From: Trypethelium eluteriae
Lineage: Eukaryota
DNA length: 46,559 nt
Direction of reading: 5' to 3'
NCBI GenBank assembly: GCA_051942245.1
Contig: JAVECL010000132.1
Span: 1-46,559 of the forward strand
Positions 1-13,132 of this stretch are shown here, piece by piece (position 1 is the stretch's first letter; every line of letters starts with the position of its first letter). Under the pieces are notes generated by a model. It was given only the letters and a program-made list of their open reading frames with translations. It ran no database searches and was not told the DNA's origin. The position numbers and the translations under genes are program-made.

Positions 1-262
1 GTGGAGGTGGATCTTCGGGAGGATGATGCTGAAGCTTCTTCTAGGCCCTCGCGTCCACAACGCGATAGACGCGCACCACGAAGGTTTGATGAAGAAATTC
101 AGTAGACCAAAACACGCAGCTAATTCTTTTGATCAATTTGATATATTTTATATTGTTTTATCTACTCTAGTTGTTGAGTTTGACGATGCTAAAGTGGAGG
201 GGGTGGAACCATTTTGAGGTGTGCAGGTGGTGCGCCCGTGCAGGTGGTGCGGAAAACTCGTA
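1..262 (+). mobile_element. Right end of a probable Tc1/mariner-pogo (Fot1-like) DNA transposon
   Basis: Frame +1 is open from base 1 (VEVDLREDDAEASSRPSRPQRDRRAPRRFDEEIQ*, stop 103-105), resembling basic transposase tails. A short AT-rich spacer follows, then a TIR-like end with two copies of GTGCAGGTGGTGCG (221-234, 238-251) ending GGAAAACTCG-TA. The left end lies outside the window, so TIR pairing cannot be confirmed. Confidence 0.5.
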
Positions 263-467
263 TAGGTACCTAGGTACTTCGCTGCAGCCCTGATGACAGC
301 TGCGGCCTGCTTAACGAACACTCGATAGCTCGCGAACAGGGTATTTCCTTGATGGAAATCACAATATAAGGTGAAATAGCTTGAGATACTCCTCGTACCT
401 GCAGAATTCGACCGTGACATGGGCGGTGATTGCATTACTTGCTATACTTTCTCCGCCACGCGCAGAA

Positions 468-3400
468 ATGGCCGAAACGCCAGCTGTAGATTCACCTTAC
501 CCGAGCGCGACGCAACGAAACAAATTGTCTCTTTTCGAAAGCGCTGAGTTCAGCCTTCGACCCTCAAGACAGGATCTACAATCGCAGTCCGATTCAAATT
601 TCGTTGGCGACCTCTTTGGAGGAGTAGACAATATCAACTCAACATCAGACTTCTTGAATTATCTTTCTACATTACCCCAACACCTCTTGTCGAATTCATC
701 ATCACTACAAGATATCGCTCGTAACCTATTCATAGGGTCCGAAATTAACTATTGCTTTGTTGGGGATGGACTATCATTTTCTGTCCACTCTATCACGAGA
801 CCAGAGCTATCGCAAAAGGTTTTGGATGTCGCACCGTCACTGAAGAACGATGGACCGGAACTGATAGCAATCAAAATGCCAAAAGCAGAGAATCATAACG
901 GAAGTATTGTAAAAGCATCCGAGATCAAGGCGCTCCGCGCTGTGGCATGGGAATGCCATGTTTTGCTTCATCCACCTATCCAGGCTTCGAATAATGTTAT
1001 TAGGTTCCTTGGTGTCCTTTGGCAAGCTGGAGGAGGCGCAGATTCCGAAAAACGGATACTTCCAGCTATCGCAATGGAATATGCCAATGCTGGTACTCTA
1101 GATGATCTCATCGATTCAGAGGAATATACCATCACTTATCAAATTAAAAAAAATCTTGTTTTAGATGTCGCACGGGGACTTAATGCTCTTCATAAAAGCT
1201 ATTTCATCCATGGAGATGTCAAAACAGAAAATGTACTCCTATTTGAAGACATGCAAGGGAACCTTTCTGCGAAGATCTCTGATTTCGGTTGCGCAATACA
1301 CTTTACCATTAAAGAGAAGCTTGTTTCCCTACCAGGTTGGTCGCCTCCCTGGAATGCACCCGAGGCTCAAAATCACCAAATTTCTGTCGACATGCTTCCA
1401 CAACTTGATCTTTATAGCTGGGGTCTATTAGTGTGGAGAACTATGCTTAATGGCAAGACTCCATTTGACGTGGGTAGACGACAATATGCGGAGAAAGGCG
1501 GGCCCTTCCAATCCGTTCTTGATCACGATCGACAAAGCGAAGGTTTCATCCAATGCGTCCAAGATCTCAAATGTTCAACAGATGATATATTCTTGGAATA
1601 CGTGAAGTCGACACTCCCTGGAAACGGTATCGACGTCCAATTCATTAGCGATTTGCTCTCCCAAAGTTTGCGAAAAGACCCCCGTGACCGTGCATATGGA
1701 TTAGCATTCATTGGCCACTTTATACGACTAGACCAGGGAGAAGCCACGTATCAAGCTGTGGCCGAGCAGACCACGTCCAACGTCAAATATCCTTGGAGAG
1801 AAGAGCCTACCACTTTGCAAGCCAGCCCATCCACCAATCGTTTCCTAGATACGGACGTAAGCTTCTGTTCTAGATCAAACCAGCCCACATGTCACAACTA
1901 AAATATTGCTGCAGATCCCAGTGCATCCTGGGTCTACCAAAATAGACCTATATCAAGCTGTACGTGAAAGAATTGAGCAGTCGGAGAAAGGCACTGCGGA
2001 ACCTATATACTTTGGCCATGGTTATCCGACAGGTGATGTGAGCATGCTTTATTCAAACCTTAATCTCAGAGACTATCTCTTACAAATCATTGAAATAGCT
2101 TGTCCTGTTTAGTTGGTCGGACATCACGAAAGAGCTTCCTATTGATGTCAAACACCAAGTGGCAGAAGATTTCAGAGAAGTAGCGACTGACAAACGACTT
2201 GATGAATCAACTCGAGGTCGGGGAGCTCTCAATTTTGCTTTAAGCATCTTGCTCTCCTTCCACAAAGACGCTTCTTATTCTGAAGGGTTGCAGTGGTTGA
2301 TTCGAGCTGCAGAGCTTGGATGCATCCAAGCACAAGCATTGGCGTACCGCCTTCTAAAAGCTTTTGATGTTAAGCCTCCTCCTGGACTACCGCTGGTGAC
2401 ATGGCTTAGTGAATCTGCCTCTCAAGGGTCACGGGTTGCTCTGGAGGATTTGGCGATAGCAGACACGCTCTCTTACAATCAGATTTTGGACAACAGATCT
2501 CACCGGACTCAACTGAGCATTGGTGACTCAGACTGGATTTTCAAAGATGAGATAAAGGAATTTGTTGATCTGGATGATCCCGAGTTCTTTAAAGAGCAAT
2601 TACTAAACTTATTGAATTCCCCGGACAACGCGTATGAGGCCATCAACGACGTGAAATTAGAACATGGTGTAACACTCATGCATCTTGCAGCTTGTTTCAA
2701 CTGCGTAGATATCATGCGTGTTTGCTGTGCGTTTGGTGCAGACATCAACAGCAGGGCTCCTATTAGTGGAGAAACACCAATTATCAGTGCTTGTCGCTCA
2801 GGTCATGTCAAGGCCACTGAGTTTCTAATCAACAGCGATGCCGACCTCTCGTTTGTGGACTTACAGGGTGCAAATACTCTACACTATCTATCCCGTTTCC
2901 CAGACGAAACAGTGGTAGACCTTGTGAGCACGATGGTACGGAAAGGAGCCGACCCAAATCAGCAGGCATTTAGTCTGGATGCTAGTGCTGCCTTCATCGG
3001 CGAATACCTTCGAGAATATGGGACAGCCTTAAATTGGGCAGTGCTGCACGGGAAGCCGAAATTATGTGCAGCCTTGGTTGACAATGGTGCTGATCCTTTT
3101 CGAGCAGACCATAGCTTCAAGGATATGGGATATTATGAATCCTCGACTATGCAGCAGTTGCAGAAATCAGACATCGATCCAATCTATGATACCCCATTCG
3201 CCAGCGCCGTTAGGCAGCACCAGCCGGACATCATCGAAATCTTCTTGAAACACAATGGGACTTTTTCTTCGCCTCATGAGATTGACTTCGCGATGTTTCG
3301 ATCTCTAGCTATCGGGCAGCCAAAGCTCGCAATGATGTATGTACTCAAACTATCCGCAGCACTTTCACATCTCTACTTCGCGTGTGTTTCGACTCAGTAT

Positions 3401-4739
3401 TTTGACCTAGGTGCCTCAATGGCTATAAATTTCGCGATAAGCTCATTCGAACTTTGCGACTCCTGCAGAGTGCTGACTCAATCTTCGAGCTTATGGATCT
3501 AGCGATCAACCGGGATGACGAAGTTCTCGTCAAATTTCTACTCGAACAGGATTTTCCTCTGGATTGTAAAATCGACGGATTGACTCCACTGTGCATGTCC
3601 TGTCTCAGACCAAACGGTAATATTACACTTGACCTCCTTCACCATGGCGCAGATCCGTGTCAGCGCTCTTCTGTTCATTCATGCGCGCCTCTGATACTGC
3701 TTGCTTACCGGAGCGAAGGTGCACGTACATTTGATGTTGCTCAACAGATGATCAATCGTGGCGCTACGTACGGGAACGATCCAGCATCGTACGCATACCT
3801 CTACTTCAGGGCTATTCTAGAGCAGTGGGATGATGTGGCAGATTTATTGTTGAGCCATGGACTTTTGAAAGAGATCATCGATGATCAGATCTTTGAATCT
3901 CTCTTACGTCAAAACGATAATCGGTCTCTGCTACGTCTTCAGACTCTTTTAGCGATTCAAAGGAAACATGGAGCTACAGATCCGATCATTCTGCAGTCCG
4001 AAAAGCGAAGTGTCTATCATCACCTTGTCAGCTTCCCGGAAGAAGTGAGAGATGATCGGGTAAATCTGAAAGCCTTAAAACTATTGCTGGGAGTCTATCC
4101 TTCCACGTCGCTTCTTGACCACTACGATCGCCACGGCTGGACAGCTTTGGCCTTAAGTGTACGTGAGGGCAATCACTTCGCTGTGGAGGCTTTGCTTGAA
4201 GCTGGCGCAGATCCAATGATTGGCCACGGAGCGGCATTACACCGCGCACTGGATAGACTGTTAAATCCGAAGTCATTTTCTGGAGGATTTCGAGGACTTT
4301 CTAACCGCCATCGCAGGTCTCGACGGTACGAAGAAAACTCGTTACGTGTTGTCTTGGCCTTCCTGAAACACGGCTGTCCTGGGAGAATTTTTCACGCTAA
4401 ATCCTTGTCCGTTATCAAACAGTCCTTGGCCAGATGGCGATCCGAAGACTTTGTTCTTTCGGGGCTAATAAAGGGGCTGGCGTGGGAAGAGAGAGATTCT
4501 GGCAATTTTGTTTCCCTTTCCATAGATGTGTTGAACGGTATCTACTCACCATGTATCATGGATTCGAGGGGGCATCTGCTGAGAGACCTCGAAGGGTCGG
4601 AATTTTTTCATGGTATGTCTACAAATTCCGATCATGCTTTTGGCCGCTAGCTAACAGGCTCATGAAAATAGCATATCAGAGTCTCTGGGATATTATCGCC
4701 AAAGAGTGGCTTGAGAAAATGGAAGAAAGAACCTTTTGA
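468..4739 (+). CDS. Protein kinase - SEL1-like repeat - ankyrin repeat protein (about 1,340 aa)
   Basis: ATG 468. Kinase motifs IAIK, HGDVKTEN, DFG, APE. Frame-restoring introns 1857-1914, 2038-2098 and 3337-3410 join the ORFs. SEL1-like segment EGLQWLIRAAELGCIQAQ and many ankyrin repeats (GVTLMHLAA, GETPIISAC, GTALNWAV, GWTALALSV). The 3' end is uncertain: stop at 4650 if unspliced, or 4665/4739 via a last intron from donor 4613. Confidence 0.85.
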
Positions 4740-5331
4740 AAAGTAAATAGATGTATCGAATTCAAAGTTCCTGACCGTTAACACCTGAACACAACGCGCT
4801 TTTCCGGGATCATAGAGTATGAAATGCATCGTACGGGCGGCATCACACTGACTCCGATACGTCTTGGTTTATAGTCGTTACGCCTCGCATTTCAACGTTA
4901 TGCCGATCAGCAAAAGAACCCCGATGCCTCAATCGACGGGCAAGCGATCCTTTTATCTCACAAGCTGCACAGAGAAGGAGCAATAATTGAGTGTCGCAAG
5001 GTGGACGCGATTTTGTTGCACGTGCTTCTCATGCTTGGTCGTATCATAGAGCGGCTCTGTTCTCCGCATGGAAGAATTCGACCCGAAGTGCGGGGGCGCG
5101 ATGGGCAGATCTGCTGAAGCCTGTACACTCATTAAGCCGGCATTGTGCAGACCCTCCAACTGTGAGAGATGAAGACTGGATTAATGATTCAATCTCGTGG
5201 CAATTTGGTCGTAGCGTCATGCCTAGGAACAGACGTATTTCAGTTCTCGACCATATATGACCGCATTCCGTCAACCAGTTTTTTACTACTTACATTATTT
5301 TGCTTGGTGCTCAGAAAGACAACACCTAAGA

Positions 5332-7037
5332 ATGATCAATGCTTTGTCTATTAGCCCGATACTTCACCTGGTCGCTGGTGCATTCGCGGTCCCTCATGAT
5401 CCACACACTTTAAAAGCAGAGCCTGTATCCACACTCATCAATCTCGGATATGCAACATACCAAGGCTCGTCATTAGAGGCAGGAGTCAATCAATACTTGG
5501 GTCTACGATACGCAGCGCCACCAATTGGCGATCGTAGATGGAGAGCCCCAGAGGATCCAGTTCCGGAAGATGGAACTCAAGATGCGAATAAGTTTGGACC
5601 GATTTGTATCGGAACAGGTCAGGCATTCAGCAACACAACGGCCGAAGATTGCTTGTACATCAATGTTTTCACACCATCGAATGCAACGGTTCATAGTAAG
5701 CTGCCTGTCTGGATGTATATCCAAGGTGGAGGATACGCTACGAATGCAAATGCAAATTACAACGGAACCCAGGCTGTCATGAGCTCGAAGAACAACATCG
5801 TCTTGGTGAACTTCAATTATCGTGTTGGAGCCTTTGGCTTCTTGGCTAGCGAGAAGGTGGGAGCTAACGGGACGTTGAACGTAGGTCTTCTAGATCAGCG
5901 AAAAGCTTTGGAATGGTCGCAGAAGTACATTCAACTGGTATGGCATTCGCAATCCCGAGATCCTATCAGCGTTAACAGACTCAGTTCGGAGGAGATCCCG
6001 ACCACGTCGTTATCCACGGTGCTTCCGCAGGAGCCGGATCTATTGCATATCAATTGACAGCTTACGGTGGCCAAGACGATGGGCTCTTTGTCGGCGCCAT
6101 TGCTGAATCGCCGTTCTTCCCGACACACCGGACCGTTGCCGAGATGGAGTTCCAGTTCGATCGCTTCGCTTCAAATGTCTCTTGCGATGCAAACTCCAGC
6201 GATGTGATGACATGTTTGCGCTCCCAAGATGCGGCGACACTTCAGCAAGCAAATGTGGTTTCGCCATATCCTGGACGAATGAACGAATCTCGATGGTATT
6301 TCCTGCCGGTAGTTGATGGTGATTTCTCCCCAGACTTGCTGTACAATCTCCTTGAGCAAGGAAAGTTTGTGAATGTTCCGACCATTGTTGGGGACGACAC
6401 AGACGAAGGGGAGAGCTTCGCCGTAAATGCAACGACTAATGAGGAGTTTCTGCAGTCTCTGGCGGACAACTATCCCAATTTGTCAAGTGGTGACTCGGAG
6501 AAAATCAATGCATCATACCCATTGTTGCCGCCACTCCCTGCACATGCCCTGTGGTTCCATACAGTGGCACAAGCATACGGAGACTCCACTTTCACCTGCC
6601 CCGGCAATCAAATCGCCATATCTGTCTCCAATTATACAGGCCGTCAATCGTCGTGGAATTACCACTACAATGTGGTGGACAACAAAGGTGCCGCTTCCGG
6701 AAACGGTGTACCTCACACAGCCGAAACCCCAGCGATCTTCGGACCTCCAAATGGTAATTGCAAGAACTCGACGAACGCAGCAGATGCATGCTCCTACTAC
6801 ACGTACAACAGGCCCATAGTGCCTGTCGTCATGGATTACTGGATTAGCTTTGTGAGGTCCTTGAATCCAAACACGTATCGGGCGCCTGGGTCACCAGTCT
6901 GGGAGAATTGGGAGATGGGCGTCCATGAAAAAAGACTGAAGTTCCAGATTAATGATACTGTCATGGAGGATGTACCGAGCGTGATGCGAAGTAGATGTGA
7001 ACTGTGGAAAGCATTGGCCGCTGTCACAGAGCAATGA
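5332..7037 (+). CDS. Secreted type-B carboxylesterase/lipase
   Basis: Signal-peptide-like MINALSISPILHLVAGAFA; motifs YAAPPIGDRRW, EDCLYINV, GGG oxyanion. Intron 5938-5984 restores FGGDPDHVVIHGASAGA (GxSxG nucleophile). Acid residue at DEG and His at VPHTAE. Confidence 0.93.
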
Positions 7038-7888
7038 AGTCTAATATGATATTACATCTCAATCACCGCACAAATACAGCTTGACGAAGCCAGAAGGTGA
7101 TCTGCCGTGTGTTAGATGCAGTTTTTGCAATCAGAGCAAGAGAGCGCTGCTAGCATACTTGCTGTGGGTTCCGAGCATAAGGTATGCTATGGTTTCCTAC
7201 GCGCTTGGACAATTTGAGGCGGCTCATCTCATCCCTGGCCCCCCGGATTCTGATCATCGGCTTGGAAGCGAAAGGCTGATAAAGTCGGAACATAGAGTAA
7301 GACTGAGCAGATCATGAGCACGGCCAACAAAGCCCGGATAACGTTTGGGTGACGACAGAGCAAGACTGAACACGGCTCACCAAGGCACTCTGCAGTGGCG
7401 GTGCAAGCCTGAGCCAAGTTGAGCCGAGGCTGAGTCGGGCGTGATTTTGGTGAGTCAGCCCGTCGAGAACACTAACCAATTTGGGTATAGATATAGGGAA
7501 ATTACTTTCTGCATGAACGTAGCAGCAACAATGAAAGGGAAGTTCTCAAAATGTGTGACAAGAATCACACAAAACTTTCCGAGTTTGCCTCACCAGCTAA
7601 AAATTGATATATGATGCTCAAATTCTCGAAGATCGGCCACGGGCTTGCCGCTCATGACTGGCTTCCATCCTGCGCGGCCCCCTTGGCTCCTAATGGCCAG
7701 CAGTGCAGATTGCTTTTGCAAATCTCCACCAGGGCGTTTCACTGCGGCGTGAGGCTATGTTAGATAGTCAAGGCAGCAGCTATCGCTTGCTATTATCTTA
7801 CCGAAATCCTGTTAAGTCCATATATTGACAAGAATGATTCCAAGTTCGCTCCCAGCTACCTTACCACCAAGGTTCCAACCGTCACATC

Positions 7889-10098
7889 ATGGCAACCAAG
7901 AATACGCAGCCCAGCGGCTCGTTTTCCGGGTCGGAGACAATTCCCGCGAGATCTGAAGATCAAAGCCAAAGCCTGCCTCGGCAACGGAGACCAGAACGGC
8001 TCGAACAGTACATGGAGTTCGATTACGTGGGGCCCGTCAACGATCCTCTTGTTGAGCGTTCTAGAGCTTCACTTCAGGAAGATGCGAAATTATTTTATCG
8101 TGGTTTCCCGGATACACAGTCCGGTGAACCAACATTCGCAGATCTGTCTGCGCTGAGACATGTTGTAACGGAAGAGATGTTTGTTCGAGGCGCCCTCCTA
8201 GCACGACGGCGCCAAAATCTTCTAGATCCTTTACCTGGTTCCCGCGATACATCCTCACTATCATCTCAAGCTGAGGGTAGTCAAGATCAGGAGAACGAGG
8301 AGAGTCGACTATCCCAGATCGAGTTTGATTCTTTGAAAGCAGAGGAAGCTTCGCGTCTCAAGGATCAGACCAAGGCACTCAACTTAGTTCTGTTGACCTG
8401 CTGTGTTGGCGCCATGGTGCAAGGCTGGTCCCAAGCCAGCATAACTGGGGCAAACCTCTGGTGGCCATGTGAGCTTCTTGCTAGTGGCACTACGGACTCC
8501 CCTCCTTGCCAGCCATCGAAAAAATGGGCATTCAATGCCGTTAACGCCGCCGCATTTTTCTCTGCCTGCATTGGCGTGTGGCTTTCTGACTTCCTCAATG
8601 ATATGGCTTATGGTCGACGTGGAGCGCTCATGGTTGCTGGAACTATCACATTCATCGCGTCAATATGGTCCGGCTATACTTCTACTTGGATCCAGCTATT
8701 TGGAGCTCGTTTCCTTCTTGGCATTGGATATGGTGCTAAGGCCTCTGTTGTCACAATTTTTGAGTCGGAGGTTGCGCCCTCCAAGCGTCGCGGTCGCCTC
8801 TTAGTCTCATGGCAATTCTTTACGGCCACTGGGCTTTGGCTAGGAACAGCAGCAAATCTCATATTTCACTCGAATTGGAGGCTTCAGGTCTCTAGCAGTT
8901 TTATACCCTGTATCACCTTTGTAGCTCTGGCCTGGGCATCTTCCGAATCACCTCGTTGGTTGATAAAAAAAGAACGATATAAGGAAGCCTTCATCGTCCT
9001 TCGAGATCTGCGAGGTACAGACTTACAAGCTGCAAGAGATTTATACTTCATCTACGCTCAGCTGAGAGTGGAGATGCTCATACTTGCTGGAGAGAAAGAC
9101 CACAGCCTTGCGGACTGGAGAAACTACTGGGCTTACCGGTGGGCGCTGGCAAAGTCTAGATACACTACCCGTCTGCAACAAATTTTCTCAATACCTAGGA
9201 ACAGAAGGGCCGCATTAGCTAGTACACTCGTCATGGCATCCCAGTAGGTCGAGGGTCACCCCCAAATGTTGCTCATAACTAACATTTTTTTAAACAACTA
9301 TCCGGAATTAACATCTTCGCTTTCACAGCAGCATCAGTCTTAGCTGCCGCTGGATCAAAGCCAACCAACAGTCTCTGGATCACTTTTGGTTGGACTGCAG
9401 TCAATGCCATTTGCTCAGGCTTCGCATATCGGTTTGTTGATTCGAAAGGTCGTCGCTTCCTACTCCTATTTTCGCTGATTAGTATGGTGCCTCTTACTCT
9501 CAGCCAAGCATTTAGCCTGGCCATTTCAAATAAAGTACATTCCGGTAGGCTGCATGATGGTATTGTCGTACTATTCACCTATCTTAATGTGGGCGCCTAC
9601 TCTCCAGGTGCTGGAGTAGTCCCTTTTCTTTATTCCAGTGAGGTGTTCCCCTTAATTAATCGCGAAGCCGGTATGTCGTGGAGCTGCTTCGTCAATTTTC
9701 TCTTCGGTGCCATCATTCTCTTTTGTAGTCCAGTATCGTGGACCTCGGGCACTACAGAATCCCTCGGCTCCGGACTCACGAACCTATTCTTCATCTTCGC
9801 GTAAGTTTCAAACACACTGTCAGAATCTAGTTACTGATAACTTTCTCTCAGAGCAATTGACTTCGTTGCTGCGGTTCTCGTTTGGTTCTATGTACCCGAG
9901 ACCAGCCTGGGGGACCAGTCGGCACTTGAACACATGAACTATTTATTCTCAGTCCCAACCCGTGCTGCGCAACGATTCCATGCCTTGAAGCTCAGACCGC
10001 GAAACATGCGGCCAAGGGATGAAAGCAATAATGGGAGGCTCCCTCCGACTCTTGATGAGTGGTGGAAGGACTACGGCAGAGAGAGATACAGGCACTGA
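7889..10098 (+). CDS. MFS sugar-porter (polyol/inositol transporter-like) with a non-canonical intron-1 acceptor
   Basis: Motifs GRR, ESEVAP..RGRL..WQ, ESPRWL, QQLSGIN, D..GRR, YSSEVFP, VPET. Introns 9244-9293 (acceptor reads TAA) and 9801-9851; stop 10096-10098. Confidence 0.85.
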
Positions 10099-10480
10099 GG
10101 CAATGTCGTGTCGCTAGAGTTTCGAAATCTACTTTTCTGAGGCTCTCGGGCTGACTCTATCTCTAAAAGGAGTATGCAGGTAGACTGATTGATAAGTATC
10201 GCATCGTCCTCCGTTACCGCCTCAAATGAATTTGGTCTATTGTTCGTTGATGATGCTGCGGTCCCGTTTGCAGGCAGTTAGTTTACTGCATTTGGAAAAG
10301 AGCAAAGGTTTATCCGTATAGCGACGCCGAAGCACCCGGTCTTTCCAATTACAACGGATAAACTCCATTATCTGCACTGATGAACTCGTAAAACGCTGTC
10401 GTGTCTTGGATACATGGTCTAGTATAAAACACGAAAACACAGTTAGCCTCTCTATCTTCAGCCACACACCTCCCTCATTT

Positions 10481-13132
10481 TCAGCTCCGAATTCTGTCGA
10501 GCAGCCCGTGGCACAATCCGATCCCCTCTGGTAGCTTATTGTATTCCTCAAGTAACGATCTGATAGCTGGGTGGCGACCCTCAAGATCGTCTTTCTGCAC
10601 TAACAAGTCGCAATTTTCCTTCAGAAAAAGTTTCAGAACGTCCACCTTATTCTCCTTGAGCGCCACCTGGGCCGGCGACAGGTCACTTTGATCCCTAGAA
10701 TTGATGTTTGCACCGTGGTTAACAAGCACTTGGATTGCCTTGCACTTCTCGGTCCTCGCGGCTTCGTGTAAAAGAGTCCAGCCCTGGCTATCAGCAGCAT
10801 CGACATCCAATGGTCTGCCAGTACTGCGAGCGTGGTATAGGACCTCGTCCATCCTGGAAGTCCCATCACTGACGTTCAGCAAATAGTGCAGTAAAGATTG
10901 ATTTCGTTTATCTTTGAGGCCTAATTGTACTTTATCTTGCAGGAACTCGACTACGTCGAACTTGCCCTCTTCAGCTGCTAGCATGATCAAAGTCTGGCCG
11001 TCTTGGTTCTTTTCATCGACGTTGGCGCCTGATTGAATTGCTTGCTCAACGGCACGAACATCGAAGGCATTTTGCAGTACCATCGGAAATACACTCCCAC
11101 TTCTACTCGAGCCTGTGTCCACTCTCTGCAAGGTATTCGAGCTGACTGACTTGTCATGAGACTGACGTGTCTGAGGATTTCTCTCTGCAGGACTGGTGAT
11201 CTCTGGGGCACGTGTCAAGCCTTCGGGAGACTCATTGGCAGGTGCGGCTCTGTCCGTTTTACTCGGTACATTTGTTCTCGGCGAGGGAGGAGAGGCTGAT
11301 GATGATGAGGAAGAGCTAATATCGGAGCTTGCGGTCGATGGAGTTACGACGCATCCATGGTCCGGATGGCTTGGTACTCTGTCAGGCGCTGGCGGTTCCG
11401 ACGGCCTTATGCTGCTGCCATTCGCTTCTGACTGTACGACCCCTTTGTATCTCTCTAAATCGCGTCTTGCGACATGGATGACCAAGCTTGCTTTGGTCCA
11501 AAGAGATTCTGACATTGTACGTTTAGCCTCCTGCCACAGCATTTCGCATATCAAATCGTCAATAACCTTTCCCGTGATTTGGTCGCCCTTTTGCGTGCGG
11601 TCCTTTACTTCTTCCATTTTTTCACTGACCACATGAAGAACATGCGAACCATTGTGGAAGCAGCCCGTATCACGTATGCCCAGATCCTTTGTGGCCTCGA
11701 TCCTTCGCCTTCCAAATTCTTCCAGGCCGTCTTTACCTTGTGTAATCCAAACGGCGTGCTCCGCTAATATGCAGCCGAGAGACCACACGTCGACTTTCTG
11801 GGTCACGTAGCGTTCGCGGCTCTCGGTAACGTCATCTGGCCTGTACGTCTCCGGTGCACCTGTCTCAGATGAGTTTGAGGTCTTGTGATTTGGCATGAAC
11901 AAGACCAACCATATGTTCGTGTGCCTCTGCTGTCAATGACTCGGGCGTTGCGAGATTGGTCAAGGATGACGTGGCTCAGTCCAAGATCGGCTAATTTGTA
12001 CACGCATTGGTAATCCGACAGATTTTCGTTGAGGTTGCAGAGAACATTTGCAGGTTTGATATCCTGGTGCCATCTGTGTGCCATCTTGAGTGAATGATCC
12101 GAAGCAGGATGCTAGCGACCTACCCCCTTCCTTCAGTGTGAAAAGCTCCAGGCTGATACGCAATATTGTGAATACCCTGCATTGCCCTTACAAGGGAGAG
12201 CATGTTCTTCCAGGACGTGGCAATATCTTCCAGTTCTCTAGGTGGCGGTACATTTTGCCAATATTGCTCTAATGTCCCGTAATTAGCGTACTCTAAGATG
12301 ATGTGGTATGCGTCTCCTTGTTCAAGGCTGCCAAAGAATTGAATGATGGCATTCTCTTCTTGACCATCGATACTCCTTCGGATTTGCACAAATGTATCCG
12401 ACTCTTCTGTCCAGTTGTGACGCGCGTGTTTGTTGTGGTACGTTTTGAGGACGAAAACATCCTTGGCGGTATCATTATGCTGCATAAAGTGAGCCTGAGT
12501 CTGCACATAGAGAAACGTGGACCAACGGGGAGTTCACTCAGCCTCAGGCCATTGTAATCAGGATGTACCCGAATCTTGAAGGTTTCCGCGGTGCTGCCAC
12601 GGTCAAGCCTTTCTTTACTTATAAAAGGCAAGGGCCGCCGTGGATTCCATGATCCTGTCTGCTTATAGATAAGCTTTGGTGCACAGAACATCCATTGGCA
12701 TTCGTTGAATTCTTCCCAAAAGGTAGCATCGTGTCCCGTCTCTGCCGGGAAATCGCCCGGCTTGTCTTCGAAGGGTAGTTTGATGTCGGCTAAGGTCTCA
12801 TACCGCAAAAAATGTACAATAGTCTCTGGTCTTTCGATGCGGACAAGTATTGCAAAAATCTTCAGATAGCCCTTCCGAATGGCGCTGGCCTCAACAAAGT
12901 CGTGCCCAATATCCTGGCGAAGGACGTCTACTATGTCGTGGAGTTTCTCGTCAAAGTAGGCATAGAGCTTTTGCTCCGGCAAGAAGAACTCGAGATCATC
13001 AACCTGCGCGCTGCTTTTTTCCTCTGTCTGTTGATCGGAAAACCAGACATCTTTTTTGGACTGGTCGGGGCTCGTGAAATGCAGAAAGTCCTGGATGACC
13101 AGATGAGTAGAAGTGGGATTGGAGACAGACAT
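10481..13132 (-). CDS. Ser/Thr protein kinase with N-terminal helical domain, Ser/Pro-rich linker and C-terminal ankyrin repeats
   Basis: ATG 13132. Introns 12480-12526, 12074-12123 and 11860-11909 join LDRGSTAETF, FVLK, LEYANYG, WHQDIKPAN, LADLG, GTRTYGAPE and DVWSLGC. Ankyrins GQTLIMLAA and GWTLLHEAA. Confidence 0.9.
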
